Assembly: GCA_902595755.1 (NCBI GenBank)
Contig: CACJRF010000002.1
Coordinates: forward strand, 10,677-74,676
From: an uncultured Alphaproteobacteria bacterium
GTDB taxonomy: Bacteria > Pseudomonadota > Alphaproteobacteria > Methylaequorales > Methylaequoraceae
Length of the DNA: 64,000 nucleotides
Direction: 5' to 3'
The notes under the pieces: model-generated
The model's database searches: none
What the model saw: only the letters and a program-made list of their open reading frames with translations
What the model was told of the DNA's origin: nothing
In this document: one piece after another, positions 28,406-39,741 of the stretch
How positions within the stretch are numbered: the stretch's first letter is position 1
Layout of the letters: the number at the start of each line of letters is the position of its first letter
Made by a program: the position numbers and the translations under genes

Positions 28406-28481
28406 TGGCTCCGGCGACAGGACTCGAACCTGTGACCCAGCGATTAACAGTCGCTTGCTCTACCAGCTGAGCTACGCCGGA
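28406..28481 (-). tRNA. tRNA-Asn (GTT)
   Basis: The reverse complement is TCCGGCGTAGCTCAGCTGGTAGAGCAAGCGACTGTTAATCGCTGGGTCACAGGTTCGAGTCCTGTCGCCGGAGCCA. The 7-bp acceptor stem is TCCGGCG/CGCCGGA. The anticodon arm is AGCGA-CTGTTAA-TCGCT. A GGTTCGAGTCC T-loop and encoded CCA are present. Confidence 0.95.
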
Positions 28482-28534
28482 ATAAAGGTCATAATAATTA
28501 AATTTTTCAATTTGTAAAAACATTTATTTCATTA

Positions 28535-28608
28535 TGGAGGTGCGGACCGGATTCGAACCGGTGTACTCGGCTTTGCAGGCCGGTGCGTAGCCTCTCCGCC
28601 ACCGCACC
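28535..28608 (-). tRNA. tRNA-Cys (GCA)
   Basis: The reverse complement is GGTGCGGTGGCGGAGAGGCTACGCACCGGCCTGCAAAGCCGAGTACACCGGTTCGAATCCGGTCCGCACCTCCA. The acceptor stem is GGTGCGG/CCGCACC. The anticodon loop is CTGCAAA. A GGTTCGAATCC T-arm and encoded CCA are present. Confidence 0.9.
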
Positions 28609-28675
28609 AAAGATACATAATTATTGTAATAAAATATTATACTTATATATTAATTCAATACTAAAAGACATTAAA

Positions 28676-29353
28676 ATGAATAAGAATTATTTTGAAATAG
28701 CAAGAAAAAATATGGTTACTAATCAAATTTTGCCAGTTGGAGTTAAAAATAAAACACTCATAAAATCTTTTGAGTATGTTAGAAGGGAACTTTTCATAAC
28801 TAGTGGCAATGATGATTTAATATATACTGACTCAGATGTTAAGTTCAATAACGACAGAAATTTCATTAGATCATTCTTGTTAGCAAAAATGTTTGAGCAA
28901 TGCAATTTTACTAAAGATGAAAAGATTTTAGTAATTGGATGTCTTACAGGATACTCAGTTGCAATTCTATCAAATCTAGCCGGCTACGTTTTCGCGATTG
29001 AAAATGATAAAAAAACAGTAGAACTAGCTAATAAAACTTTATATGAGTTAAATTTACTTAATTGTTCTGTGCATTATAAAAGTAGACTTAATAATGGTAA
29101 TTCAAAAAATGCTCCTTACGACAAAATATTTATTGAAGGGTCGGTGTCTAATATTCCTATGAGTATTGTGAATCAGTTAAAAGAAAATGGAGAGATTTAT
29201 ACAGTGATTAAAAATATTGATGAGTCTATTGGTTTTTTTGTCAAAGGTATAAGGGTGAAAAATGGATTATCTTTCACTAAAATTTTTAACACAAATATTA
29301 ATAATCTAAGTGACTTCATAAATGGAAGTGATGATAATGCAGATAAAAATTAG
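28676..29353 (+). CDS. protein-L-isoaspartate O-methyltransferase-family protein (pcm-like paralogue found upstream of tolC in alphaproteobacteria)
   Basis: Start moved to ATG 28676 (MNKNYFEIARKNM..) because the track ORF start lies inside tRNA-Cys. Contains MV.NQI and SAM motif I ILVIGCLTGYS. Confidence 0.7.
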   Translation: MNKNYFEIARKNMVTNQILPVGVKNKTLIKSFEYVRRELFITSGNDDLIYTDSDVKFNNDRNFIRSFLLAKMFEQCNFTKDEKILVIGCLTGYSVAILSNLAGYVFAIENDKKTVELANKTLYELNLLNCSVHYKSRLNNGNSKNAPYDKIFIEGSVSNIPMSIVNQLKENGEIYTVIKNIDESIGFFVKGIRVKNGLSFTKIFNTNINNLSDFINGSDDNADKN

Positions 29354-30698
29354 TTTTTTTGTATTTATTTCCTTATTTTTTTTTAAACCTACTGAATCAG
29401 GTACAATTTTAAATAATGATTTAAAACAATCATTAGAAAAATTATATGAAACTAATCCAGAACTTAAGTATGAAAGAGAATTACTTAAATCAAAAGATGA
29501 ATTAATGCCTCAAGCTCTATCAGAATTTAGACCAAAAATTTCTGGTTACTACAAAAAAGGTAAGGTTGATACTAATTCGCAGGGATTTAATATTGCTCAA
29601 GATAATCTAAGAACTGAGACTTATAAAGGGGTAAAGTTAACACAACCAATTTTTGATGGTGGAAGTAGTTTAAGCAATATTAAAGAGGCAAAAAATAAAA
29701 TCATCTCACATCGATTTTTATTAAAACAGAAAGAGCAAGATATTTTTTTGAATTCAATAAAAACTTATGCTGACCTAGCAACAGAACAAACCAATCTATT
29801 TTTAAAGAAAAAAAATTTGGAGGTATTAGAAAAAAGATTAGAATTAACTAAAGAGCAGTTTGATATAGGTGAGGTAACTCTTACAGATGTTTCGATAGCT
29901 GACGCAAGATATTTGCTTGCTCAATCAGAATTAATTGAGTCTGAAAAAAATGTTAATACTTTATCTGCTAAGTTCGGTTATATCTTTGGAGTTAATCCAA
30001 ACAAGCCAGATATAATTTTAGATTATAAGCAAATAGATTTAGATAAATCTCTGATAGAAAAATCTAGCCAAAAAAATAACCCCAGATTAAACGATATAAA
30101 ATATCAAATAAAATCTATTCAGAATGAAATAGATAAACTTAAGAGAAAAAGGTTGCCAAGTGTAAAGCTTGAAGGAGAGGCATATATTAATGAAGGCTAT
30201 TTTAAATTTGACAGTAAAAGGGAAGTTTTATCTGCATTTGCTACTGTTGATATTCCACTATATCAATCTGGAGCTGCCTCTTCAAAAATAAGAGAAACAA
30301 GATCCAAATTATTGTCACTACAGTCATTATTGAAAAAAATTAAAGATGAAGTTAATTATAACTTAATATCATCAAAATCATTATTTGATAATTCTTTATC
30401 AAAAATTACAGCTTATAAAAAACAAATAAAATCAAATAATATTTACCTGGATGGACTTAAACAAGAAATGCAACTAGGAGAAAGAACTATGCTTGATTTA
30501 CTAGATGGGGAGCAGGAGTTGCTTCAATCTGAACTTGATTTAGCATTATCTTTCAAAGATTTATTTATTGCCTATTACCAAATCCTTTATCACGAGGGAA
30601 AACTAAACGCTAAAGATTTAAGACTGTCAGTTAACCATTACAATGTCGAAAATAACTTTAATAAAGTTAAAGGTAAATGGCTTGATATAATTGAATAA
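29322..30698 (+). CDS. tolC: TolC family outer membrane efflux protein
   Basis: 458 aa. The signal peptide probably starts at the internal Met at 29337 (MQIKISFFVF..). Two OEP repeats with long coiled-coil segments. Confidence 0.85.
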   Translation: MEVMIMQIKISFFVFISLFFFKPTESGTILNNDLKQSLEKLYETNPELKYERELLKSKDELMPQALSEFRPKISGYYKKGKVDTNSQGFNIAQDNLRTETYKGVKLTQPIFDGGSSLSNIKEAKNKIISHRFLLKQKEQDIFLNSIKTYADLATEQTNLFLKKKNLEVLEKRLELTKEQFDIGEVTLTDVSIADARYLLAQSELIESEKNVNTLSAKFGYIFGVNPNKPDIILDYKQIDLDKSLIEKSSQKNNPRLNDIKYQIKSIQNEIDKLKRKRLPSVKLEGEAYINEGYFKFDSKREVLSAFATVDIPLYQSGAASSKIRETRSKLLSLQSLLKKIKDEVNYNLISSKSLFDNSLSKITAYKKQIKSNNIYLDGLKQEMQLGERTMLDLLDGEQELLQSELDLALSFKDLFIAYYQILYHEGKLNAKDLRLSVNHYNVENNFNKVKGKWLDIIE

Positions 30699-30700
30699 GA

Positions 30701-33304
30701 ATGTTGAACAAGAGATTTAATTTTAAGGATGTTGAGTCAGAACTTTTGCAGTCATGGGATTTAAAAGGTACTTTTGAATTTAAAATTCAAAAAAATAATC
30801 AACCCTTTTGTATTATGATGCCCCCACCCAATGTTACTGGGAGCTTGCATATGGGACATGCGCTTACATTTACCCTCCAAGATATCCTTATAAGATATAA
30901 TAAAAAGTTAGGTAAAAATGTATTATGGCAACCTGGAACTGATCATGCAGGAATTGCAACTGAAATAGTTGTCGAAAAACAATTAGAAAAAAAAGAGAAA
31001 AAAATCAAAAATAATTTTTCTAGGAAAGAGTTTATTGAAAAAATTTGGGATTGGAAAAGGCATTCTGGTAATAAGATTACTAATCAAATGAATAGACTTG
31101 GAACCTCAGTTGATTGGGGTATTTCTAAATTTACAATGGACGATGACCTATCTGAAGTTGTTACCGATGTATTCATTAAGTTGTTTGATGAAGGTTTAAT
31201 TTATAAAGATAAAAGATTAGTTAACTGGGACCCTAAGTTACAAACTGCCATTTCAGATTTAGAAGTAAATCAAAAAGAGGTTGATGGTGAGATGTGGTTT
31301 ATTAAATACAGTATTAACAATTCATCCGAATTTATTACAGTTGGAACTACAAGACCCGAAACTATTTTTGGTGACGTAGCAATAGCTATTCATCCTGATA
31401 ATAAAAAATTAAAAAAATTTATAGGTAAATTTGCAGAAATTCCAATTATTAAAAAAAAAATAAAAATAATCTCAGATGAGTATGCAGATCCAAAAAAAGG
31501 TTCTGGTGCAGTAAAAATTACACCTGCTCATGATTTTAATGACTTTGAAGTTGGGAAAAGTAATAATTTAGAATTTATAAATATATTCGACAAAAACTGT
31601 AATATTTTAGACGCTACATTTATCCCAAATGAATTTAGGGGAATGGATAGATTTGAAGCAAGAGAAAAAATTATTCATAAACTTAAAAAAATGAGTTTGC
31701 TTGAAAAAGTCATACCAAACAAAATGGTAATACCTTATGGTGAAAGAACTGGCATAGTAGTTGAACCCCTTTTAACCGATCAATGGTTTGTTGATTCTAA
31801 GAAATTATGTGAGCCCATCCACAAGCTTATTAATGATAATAAAATTAATTTTCATCCAAGTTCATGGATTAACACATTCAAACACTGGATAAATAATATT
31901 CAACCCTGGTGTATATCTAGGCAAATTTGGTGGGGACATAGAATTCCAATTTGGTATTCAAAGTCTGGTGATATGGTAGCTGCAAAAAATGAAAAAGAAG
32001 CTAAAATAAAACTTAAAGATATCAATAAAAATGCAATTATTTCACATCAAGAGTCCGATGTTTTAGATACATGGTTTTCCTCTGCTTTATGGCCATTTTC
32101 CACACTTGGGTGGCCAAGTAAAACTGAACTATTAAAAAGATTTTATCCAACTAATATTTTAGTAACTGGGTTCGACATAATTTTTTTTTGGGTTGCTAGA
32201 ATGATAATGATGGGCCTGAAATTTGTTAAAAAATTACCTTTCAAGGATATATATATTCACCCTTTAGTTAAGGACGAACAAGGACAAAAAATGTCAAAGT
32301 CTAAAGGTAATATTATTGATCCACTTACAATTATTGATATATATGGCGCTGATGCATTAAGATTTACTTTAGCAAATCTGTCAACTCAAGGTAGGGATAT
32401 TAAATTATCGAATAAGTTGGTTGAGAATGGAAGAAATTTTGTTACTAAATTATGGAACGTAGCAAGGTTCTCTCAGTATAATAATTTTTGTTTGAATGAA
32501 AACTTTAACCCTGTAAATAATCAAATAATTCTTAATAAATGGATTTTTTATAAGTTTTTAAAAACTAAAGTTAATGTAACCAAGTCAGTATCAAATTTTA
32601 AATTTAATCTTTTAATTTCTGAATTATATCAATTTATATGGAATGATTTTTGTGATCTTTACATAGAATTATCTAAATTCTCATTAAAAATAAATGAAAA
32701 AAAAACTACCGATGAAATCTCTAATAACTTTAGTTATATTTTTAAAGCTATTTTGAATATGATTAACCCTGTTATTCCCTTTGTTACCGAAAAAATTTCA
32801 CTTGAGTTAAATTATACATCTTCAAGTCTTTATAATGAACCATTTATAAAAACTGAAAAATATATAATCGATAAAGAAGTTGAAAATTTTGAGAAAGTTA
32901 TAGAATTAATAAAAAAAATTAGATTTGAAACGAAAAATGAAGTAGTACAAGGCTTTTCTCTATACGTACACTCAGAAAATGAAGTGAATTGGATAGAAAG
33001 TAATAGGGAATTAATTACTTCAATATTTAAATTTAAAGAATTTACCTATAATAATAACTCATCTGATAGTTCACCTTTTGTTATTAGTGGGATTAAGTTT
33101 TCAATTATATTGGGTACTAAAATAACAAACAAACAAAAAAAGATAGATGAACAGATTATTTTTTATAAAAAAGAAATAAAATATTTTAAAAAAAAATTAA
33201 AAAACCCTAATTTCATCAATAAAGCACCACAAAAAATTGTGAATGCTGAAAAGGAAAAATTAAACTCAGCGATTAAAAATCTGAAATTATTACAAAATAA
33301 ATAA
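30701..33304 (+). CDS. valS: valine--tRNA ligase
   Basis: 867 aa with PPPNVTGSLHMGHA (HIGH), KMSKSKGN (KMSKS) and a C-terminal coiled coil. Confidence 0.97.
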   Translation: MLNKRFNFKDVESELLQSWDLKGTFEFKIQKNNQPFCIMMPPPNVTGSLHMGHALTFTLQDILIRYNKKLGKNVLWQPGTDHAGIATEIVVEKQLEKKEKKIKNNFSRKEFIEKIWDWKRHSGNKITNQMNRLGTSVDWGISKFTMDDDLSEVVTDVFIKLFDEGLIYKDKRLVNWDPKLQTAISDLEVNQKEVDGEMWFIKYSINNSSEFITVGTTRPETIFGDVAIAIHPDNKKLKKFIGKFAEIPIIKKKIKIISDEYADPKKGSGAVKITPAHDFNDFEVGKSNNLEFINIFDKNCNILDATFIPNEFRGMDRFEAREKIIHKLKKMSLLEKVIPNKMVIPYGERTGIVVEPLLTDQWFVDSKKLCEPIHKLINDNKINFHPSSWINTFKHWINNIQPWCISRQIWWGHRIPIWYSKSGDMVAAKNEKEAKIKLKDINKNAIISHQESDVLDTWFSSALWPFSTLGWPSKTELLKRFYPTNILVTGFDIIFFWVARMIMMGLKFVKKLPFKDIYIHPLVKDEQGQKMSKSKGNIIDPLTIIDIYGADALRFTLANLSTQGRDIKLSNKLVENGRNFVTKLWNVARFSQYNNFCLNENFNPVNNQIILNKWIFYKFLKTKVNVTKSVSNFKFNLLISELYQFIWNDFCDLYIELSKFSLKINEKKTTDEISNNFSYIFKAILNMINPVIPFVTEKISLELNYTSSSLYNEPFIKTEKYIIDKEVENFEKVIELIKKIRFETKNEVVQGFSLYVHSENEVNWIESNRELITSIFKFKEFTYNNNSSDSSPFVISGIKFSIILGTKITNKQKKIDEQIIFYKKEIKYFKKKLKNPNFINKAPQKIVNAEKEKLNSAIKNLKLLQNK

Positions 33305-34059
33305 TGTTTAGACTTAGATATAGAAATTTGATCTTCTTATCAAATAAATCAAAATTTTCAGATGATGATTACTTAATAATTTTTTATGGCTTAGGTTGTT
33401 CCAGTGATGATCTTAGTTTTTTATTATTCAATCGAGTGATTAAAAAGCATATTTTAATTCCAGAACTTCCTGGTCATAATAATTTTAAAAACAATCAAAG
33501 TCTTCTAGAATTTAGCAAAAGTATGTCTCAATTTTTAAAAAAAAGTAAAAAAATTACTTTTTTTTCTCATTCGGTTGGTGGCATCATCCCAATTTTGATG
33601 TGTAAATTTTTTTTAAAAAGTAAGGATATTTTTTTAATTAATTATGAGGGCAACCTCACGGAATATGATACTGAAACCCTGACTAAAAAAACAATTTCTT
33701 TTGCTTTTGATGATTTTATTAATAATAAATTTAACAGACTGATAGAAATTTCAAAAAATTCTAGTCAGGAATCAATTAGAAAATGGTCATCTTCACTACT
33801 AAAGACCTCACCAAAAATATTTTATGAGATATCTAAGGAATGTGTTAAATATAGTAAGAGGTCTTTAACATTAAGTTTTTTTAAAACTTTTTTTAAAAAA
33901 AAAGTTTATATTTATGGAGAAAAATCAGATTTCAAATTCTCTTTTGGTAACTTGGGATCTCCATGTTATAAAATAAAGAACACAGGTCATTTTTCTTATT
34001 ATGATGATAAAGTTGAATTTATAAAAATCTTTAATTATTTACTCTTAAAAAGGTGTTAG
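33304..34059 (+). CDS. alpha/beta hydrolase fold protein
   Basis: 251 aa with the nucleophile elbow FFSHSVGG and C-terminal NTGHF (catalytic His context). Confidence 0.6.
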   Translation: MFRLRYRNLIFLSNKSKFSDDDYLIIFYGLGCSSDDLSFLLFNRVIKKHILIPELPGHNNFKNNQSLLEFSKSMSQFLKKSKKITFFSHSVGGIIPILMCKFFLKSKDIFLINYEGNLTEYDTETLTKKTISFAFDDFINNKFNRLIEISKNSSQESIRKWSSSLLKTSPKIFYEISKECVKYSKRSLTLSFFKTFFKKKVYIYGEKSDFKFSFGNLGSPCYKIKNTGHFSYYDDKVEFIKIFNYLLLKRC

Positions 34060-34062
34060 TTT

Positions 34063-35784
34063 ATGGTTAAAATTACAAAAGATAAGTTACCAAGTAGACA
34101 CGTTAGTCTAGGTGCTAAAAGTGCACCTCACAGAGCATACTATTATGCTATGGGATTAAATGAAAAAGAAATAATGCAACCTTTTGTAGGAGTGGCAACA
34201 TGTTGGAATGAGTCTGCACCTTGTAATATTTCTTTATCAAGACAAGCACAAGAAACTAAAAAGGGTGTAAAAAAAGGTCTTGGTACACCTAGAGAGTTTA
34301 CAACTATAAGTGTTACTGACGGAATAGCCATGGGGCATGAAGGAATGAAATCTTCTTTAGTATCTCGTGAAATAATAGCTGACTCAATTGAAGTTTCAAT
34401 GCGCGGTCATTGTTATGATGGCTTAGTCGGAATTGCTGGTTGTGATAAATCCTTACCGGGTATAATGATGGCGATGTTGAGATTAAATGTACCATCAGTT
34501 TTTTTATATGGTGGATCTATTTTACCTGGCAAATTTGAAGATAAAGAGGTATCTATCCAGGATGTTTTTGAGGCGGTAGGTGAATTTAATTCAAATAAAA
34601 TTGATGAAAAACGTTTGTGTGCACTTGAAAAAGTAGCATGTCCTTCAGCAGGTTCATGTGGTGGACAATTCACTGCAAATACAATGGCATGTGTCGCTGA
34701 GGCTATAGGATTAGCTCTGCCTGGTTCATCATCACCTCCAGCATCTTATGAATCAAGAGATAAATTTGCTTTTGAGTCAGGAGAAGTAATTATGGACCTT
34801 ATAAATAGAGGAATTAAACCCAGAGATATAGTAACTAAAAAATCACTAGTTAATGCAGCGAGAATTGTTGCATGTTCTGGAGGATCAACTAATGCTGCGC
34901 TACATTTACCAGCCATAGCAAATGAAATTGGAATTCCTTTTGATATTTTTGATGTTGCAAAAATTTTTCGAGATACTCCTTATATTGCTGATTTGAAACC
35001 TGGTGGTAAGTATTTAGCAAAAGATCTCCATGATATTGGAGGCGTTCCAATTATGATGAAGGCATTGATGGATGGTGGATTTTTATATGATGACTGTCTA
35101 ACAGTTACTGGTAAGTCCATTATGGAGAATCTAAAAAACATAAAGTTTGAAACTAGTTCCCAAGATATTATTTATTCTACAAAAAAACCCCTATCAAAAA
35201 CAGGTGGTGTAGTAGGGCTTAAGGGTAATTTAGCTCCAGATGGGGCAATTGTTAAAGTTGCTGGATTAAAGTCTACAAACTTTAAAGGTAAAGCCTTGTG
35301 TTTTAATTCAGAAGAAGAAGCTTTTGAGGCTGTATCTAAACAAAAATATAAAAAAGGTGATGTTATTGTTATTAGGTATGAAGGTCCAAAAGGCGGGCCT
35401 GGTATGAGAGAAATGCTTGCAACTACGGCTGCTATATATGGGCAAGGTATGGGTGAACAAGTTGCTCTAATTACAGATGGAAGGTTTTCAGGCGCAACTA
35501 GGGGACTTTGTGTTGGTCATATTAGTCCAGAAGCTGTTGTTGGTGGTAATATTGCTCTAATAGAAGATGGTGATGAAATTCAAATAGATGCTGAAAAAGG
35601 AACTATTTACTTGAATGTAGATAACAAAATTTTAGATCAGAGAAGGAATTTACTATCTCATAAGTCTGAAGAATTTGGATCTGGGGCATTATGGAAATTT
35701 TCTCAAACTGTAGGTTCTGCAAGGTATGGTGCTGTTACTCATCCAGGAGCAAAGAAAGAAAAAAAGATATATTCAGATATTTAA
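34063..35784 (+). CDS. ilvD: dihydroxy-acid dehydratase
   Basis: 573 aa with the IlvD/Edd blocks [20 protein letters not shown] and TDGRFSG. Confidence 0.97.
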   Translation: MVKITKDKLPSRHVSLGAKSAPHRAYYYAMGLNEKEIMQPFVGVATCWNESAPCNISLSRQAQETKKGVKKGLGTPREFTTISVTDGIAMGHEGMKSSLVSREIIADSIEVSMRGHCYDGLVGIAGCDKSLPGIMMAMLRLNVPSVFLYGGSILPGKFEDKEVSIQDVFEAVGEFNSNKIDEKRLCALEKVACPSAGSCGGQFTANTMACVAEAIGLALPGSSSPPASYESRDKFAFESGEVIMDLINRGIKPRDIVTKKSLVNAARIVACSGGSTNAALHLPAIANEIGIPFDIFDVAKIFRDTPYIADLKPGGKYLAKDLHDIGGVPIMMKALMDGGFLYDDCLTVTGKSIMENLKNIKFETSSQDIIYSTKKPLSKTGGVVGLKGNLAPDGAIVKVAGLKSTNFKGKALCFNSEEEAFEAVSKQKYKKGDVIVIRYEGPKGGPGMREMLATTAAIYGQGMGEQVALITDGRFSGATRGLCVGHISPEAVVGGNIALIEDGDEIQIDAEKGTIYLNVDNKILDQRRNLLSHKSEEFGSGALWKFSQTVGSARYGAVTHPGAKKEKKIYSDI

Positions 35785-36585
35785 TTTTAACCAAAATGGA
35801 ATATGGTCAGAGGGTTTTTCTAGTCCTCTAAAGCTTGATTCGTATTTGAGTTCTCTAACATTTTGAAGTTTTTTTGGTGAGATCAAAAAATGATCAATTA
35901 AAATTCCGTCATTTCTTTCCCAACAGGCTCTTTGATAGTCCCAAAATGAAAAAATTTGACCAGGTTTAAAAAATATTCTTGATAAATTAATTAAACCTAA
36001 AGAGCAAAGCTCTCTAAATTTAGTCCTCACTTTTATATTTCCTAAAGCATCATTTTCCCACTCCTGAAAATTCAATGCATCTCTTACATTCTCTATGACA
36101 TTAAAATCCCCTCCGATTAAAAGGTCCTCTCTTGATAAATTAAATTTCTTTGACAAATTATATAGTTCATCATACCACTTCAATTTAAATTGGAATTTTT
36201 CATCGTCATTAATTGGATTACCATTTGGAGTATAGACGTTTAAAATGCTCAAATTTATTGATTTTAAACGTATCAATTGAACTCTTGATTGGTTTTTAAG
36301 AATTTCGCTTTCGATTTTAATTTTTTGGACGTCAATTTCTTTTTTATAAATAATTGCTACACCATACTTTGCTTTTTGACCATTAATAATCACATTATAT
36401 TTTGATTGATCAAAAAAACTAGGAAACTCATCATTCAGACACTTTATTTCTTGTAAAAGCAAAATATCGGGGTCTACTTTATTTAAAAAATTCTTAACGT
36501 GATTAAACCTCACTCTAATGGAGTTTACATTCCATGATGCAATTATCGTCATTATTAAACTGAAAATGAGGTTCCACAACCGCAC
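35773..36585 (-). CDS. xth: exodeoxyribonuclease III
   Basis: 270 aa with [21 protein letters not shown] and SDHIP. Confidence 0.9.
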   Translation of the reverse strand: MRLWNLIFSLIMTIIASWNVNSIRVRFNHVKNFLNKVDPDILLLQEIKCLNDEFPSFFDQSKYNVIINGQKAKYGVAIIYKKEIDVQKIKIESEILKNQSRVQLIRLKSINLSILNVYTPNGNPINDDEKFQFKLKWYDELYNLSKKFNLSREDLLIGGDFNVIENVRDALNFQEWENDALGNIKVRTKFRELCSLGLINLSRIFFKPGQIFSFWDYQRACWERNDGILIDHFLISPKKLQNVRELKYESSFRGLEKPSDHIPFWLKLNI

Positions 36586-36872
36586 GTGGAAGAAGCGTTA
36601 GGGTTTGAAACCTTAAAATATGAACCAAGTAAATCATTTACAAAATCTAGCTTGGATCCATTTAAAAAATCCATCGATGTTTTATCTATTAAAACTGTTA
36701 TTTGATCAAAATTAATTTCGTGATCATCACTTCCCTTAATTTTATCAAAAGAAAATTTATAAGAGAAGCCTTGGCATCCTCCGCCATCAACTGAAATTCT
36801 AAAAAGGTTACTTTCTTGTTTAAGGGAGATATCTTTTATTCTTTTTAGAGCATTTTCTGTTATATCAATCAT
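36555..36872 (-). CDS. erpA: iron-sulfur cluster insertion protein (HesB/IscA/ErpA family)
   Basis: 105 aa with GGGCQGFSY and the C-terminal CGCGTSFSV motif. Confidence 0.8.
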   Translation of the reverse strand: MIDITENALKRIKDISLKQESNLFRISVDGGGCQGFSYKFSFDKIKGSDDHEINFDQITVLIDKTSMDFLNGSKLDFVNDLLGSYFKVSNPNASSTCGCGTSFSV

Positions 36873-36907
36873 TACATAGACATTTTTTTGTGATAATAAT
36901 TACTATT

Positions 36908-38044
36908 ATGGTACAATATTCAAATTTTTCAACTGATTATAAATTATCTAAAGGAAGAATGTTCCCAGAAAATGAAGATTTCAACCGAACATGCTTTATG
37001 CGCGATAGAGATAGAATCATTCATTCGACTGCCTTTAGACGTCTTAAGTATAAAACCCAAGTTTTTGTTTATCACGAAAAAGATTATTTTAGGACAAGGT
37101 TATCTCATAGTATTGAGGTATCCCAATTAGCAAGATCTATCTCGAAAGTATTTAATGTTAATGACGATCTATCGGAGGCTATATCTTTATCTCATGATCT
37201 TGGACATACTCCATTTGGACATGCAGGGGAAGATGTACTAAATAAAAAAATGGAAATAGTAGGAGGTTTTAACCATAATTTTCAGGCTATTAAAATACTT
37301 ACATTACTAGAAAAAAAATATTTAAATTTTGATGGTTTAAATCTTTCCTTTGAGACTCTTGATGGAATACTCAAACATAATGGACCAATTAACTGTAAGC
37401 TACCTGATTATATTAACAGCGTTTTAGAATTCTTTGATGCAGATAAAGGTACTTACGGTTCATTTGAGTCACAAATTGCTGCTATTTGTGATGATATTGC
37501 ATATAACAATAATGATATTGATGATGGTTTATATGCTGGATTATTTGATATAGATCAGATATCTGAAATACCAATTGTAGAAAAAGTAATTAAGACTATA
37601 AAATTAAATAATAACGACAAAAAAAGATTTAATTATGAAGTTGTAAGAGGTTTGATCAAGTTAATGGTTGACGACCTAATATGTAATACAAAAGAAATTA
37701 TAAAAAAAAACAATATAAGTTCGTGCGATCAGATTTTAAGCTTCAATAAAAATATAGTTTGTTTTAGTGATGATATTAAAGATCAAGAATTGAAACTTAA
37801 AAGTTTCCTTAAAAAGAATATGTATGAACATGCCAGAGTGAAAAGGATGACAATCAAAGCAAAAAAAATTATTACAGATCTTTTTGAATTATTTATTGAG
37901 GAACCAAGTCTGCTTCCTACTGAATGGAGTGAATTTGAAAATAAAGATCAAAAGTTGACAAAGGTTTGTGATTATATTTCTGGAATGACTGATAAATATG
38001 CTATAAATATGCATAAAAAATTTTTTGACTTATATAATTTATAA
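36908..38044 (+). CDS. dgt: deoxyguanosinetriphosphate triphosphohydrolase-like protein (HD domain)
   Basis: F.RDRDRIIHS.AFRRL..KTQVF and HDLGHTPFGH. ATG at 36908 is preferred over the track's GTG at 36890. Confidence 0.85.
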   Translation: MVQYSNFSTDYKLSKGRMFPENEDFNRTCFMRDRDRIIHSTAFRRLKYKTQVFVYHEKDYFRTRLSHSIEVSQLARSISKVFNVNDDLSEAISLSHDLGHTPFGHAGEDVLNKKMEIVGGFNHNFQAIKILTLLEKKYLNFDGLNLSFETLDGILKHNGPINCKLPDYINSVLEFFDADKGTYGSFESQIAAICDDIAYNNNDIDDGLYAGLFDIDQISEIPIVEKVIKTIKLNNNDKKRFNYEVVRGLIKLMVDDLICNTKEIIKKNNISSCDQILSFNKNIVCFSDDIKDQELKLKSFLKKNMYEHARVKRMTIKAKKIITDLFELFIEEPSLLPTEWSEFENKDQKLTKVCDYISGMTDKYAINMHKKFFDLYNL

Positions 38045-39741
38045 TGAATTATTTTGATTACTTTAAAATCTCTTTGTCTGAAATATTAAAAGAAATATCT
38101 GAAGAAAAGATAAATTTTATAGAAAAAATAGAAGATTCTTTCACAGTAGAAGTTCCTTCAAAAAAAAACTTTGGTGAACTGTCAACAAATATAGCAATGA
38201 TTTTTTCTAAACAACTTAAAATGTCACCTCGAGATTTAGCAGAATTAATTTCTAAAGAATTAATTAAAAATAAATACGTTAAAGATATTGATATTGCTGG
38301 TCCAGGTTTTATAAATCTTTTTTTGAAAAAAGAATTTTGGCATCAACAACTTGTAAATTTTGTATCTAGTTTTGATAATTATAATTACAATGTTAAACCC
38401 AAAAAAATTTGTGTAGAATATGTTTCTGCAAACCCTACAGGTATGCTTCATATCGGGCATGCTAGAGGAGCGGTATTAGGGGATGCAATTTCATCTATTC
38501 TTCAAGAAGTTGGTCATCACGTTGATAAGGAGTACTATATAAATGATGCAGGCGAGCAGATAAAGAAATTAGTTAAAACTATTATTTATCACAAAGAAAA
38601 CCCTAACTCAGACTTAAAAAAAATTAACAATGATGATTATTATCCAGGAAATTATTTAGTTGGAATTTCGTCAACAATAAACAAAGTTGACAACATTGAA
38701 ATCTCTAATGAAGTAACTGAATTAATAATGAAAGATATAAAAAATGATCTTAAAAGTTTGGGTATTAGTCATGACAACTATATCTCTGAAAAAATAATGG
38801 CAAGTAAATCTAATATCAATCAACTAAAAAAAAAATTAATTGATAAGGATCTTGCATATCTTGGATTTCAGGATGAACCTGATAGTCAAAAAAATAAAAG
38901 TTGGAAAAAAGAGAAAAAACTACTTTTTAGATCGTCTAATTATGGTGATGATAAGGATAGAGCGTTAATAAAACCAAATGGTGAGCTTACATATTTTATG
39001 ACTGATATTATTTATCATCTTAATAAAGTTGAAAGAGGGTATGATATTTTATTAAATGTTTGGGGGGCCGATCATTCTGGATACGTAAAAAGATTAACAA
39101 ATGCAACATTACAGCTAAGTGAAAAAAAAATTAACTTTAAAATTTTCTTAACAGGTTTAGTTAATCTTTATAATAATAAAAAGCTCTTAAAAATGTCTAA
39201 AAGATCAGGAAATTATTTAACATTAAAGGATGTCTATAATGAAGTAGGGTCTGATGCTCTGAGATTTATGATGATTTCAAGAGATGCTAGAAGTACTATA
39301 GATTTTGATTTCCAATCTGTACAAGAAAGAAATAAAGATAATCCAGTATTTTATGTTCAATATGCTTATGCAAGATGTAAATCTCTATTTAAAATTTTTA
39401 AAGAAAACTTTAATTTGAATTCAGATAAAAACGCTTTTTATTCTAATAACCTCAAATTGAATGAGGAGATTGATTTGATAAAAAAAGTCACTAATTTTCA
39501 TAATGTTCTTCTACAATCTGCTGAATTTTATGAACCTCATAGAGTTACAAGCTATTTATATGACCTAGCTAGAATGTTCCACAACTATTGGGGACTAGGT
39601 AAAATTAATCCGAATAATAAAATTATTATAGACGATAATGAAGAAATTACATGTTCAAGAATTTTTCTTGTAAATATTATAAGTTTAGTGATCAAAAAAG
39701 GCCTAAGAATTATAAAAATAAATTGTCCAGAGAATATGTGA
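38044..39741 (+). CDS. argS: arginine--tRNA ligase
   Basis: 565 aa with SANPTGMLHIGHARG and the C-terminal DALR anticodon-binding domain. Confidence 0.95.
   Translation: MNYFDYFKISLSEILKEISEEKINFIEKIEDSFTVEVPSKKNFGELSTNIAMIFSKQLKMSPRDLAELISKELIKNKYVKDIDIAGPGFINLFLKKEFWHQQLVNFVSSFDNYNYNVKPKKICVEYVSANPTGMLHIGHARGAVLGDAISSILQEVGHHVDKEYYINDAGEQIKKLVKTIIYHKENPNSDLKKINNDDYYPGNYLVGISSTINKVDNIEISNEVTELIMKDIKNDLKSLGISHDNYISEKIMASKSNINQLKKKLIDKDLAYLGFQDEPDSQKNKSWKKEKKLLFRSSNYGDDKDRALIKPNGELTYFMTDIIYHLNKVERGYDILLNVWGADHSGYVKRLTNATLQLSEKKINFKIFLTGLVNLYNNKKLLKMSKRSGNYLTLKDVYNEVGSDALRFMMISRDARSTIDFDFQSVQERNKDNPVFYVQYAYARCKSLFKIFKENFNLNSDKNAFYSNNLKLNEEIDLIKKVTNFHNVLLQSAEFYEPHRVTSYLYDLARMFHNYWGLGKINPNNKIIIDDNEEITCSRIFLVNIISLVIKKGLRIIKINCPENM

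Noticed and set aside
28583-28675. N-terminal 31 codons of the track ORF 28583-29353.
   Set aside because: This stretch overlaps tRNA-Cys (28535-28608). A good internal ATG at 28676 begins the conserved methyltransferase sequence.
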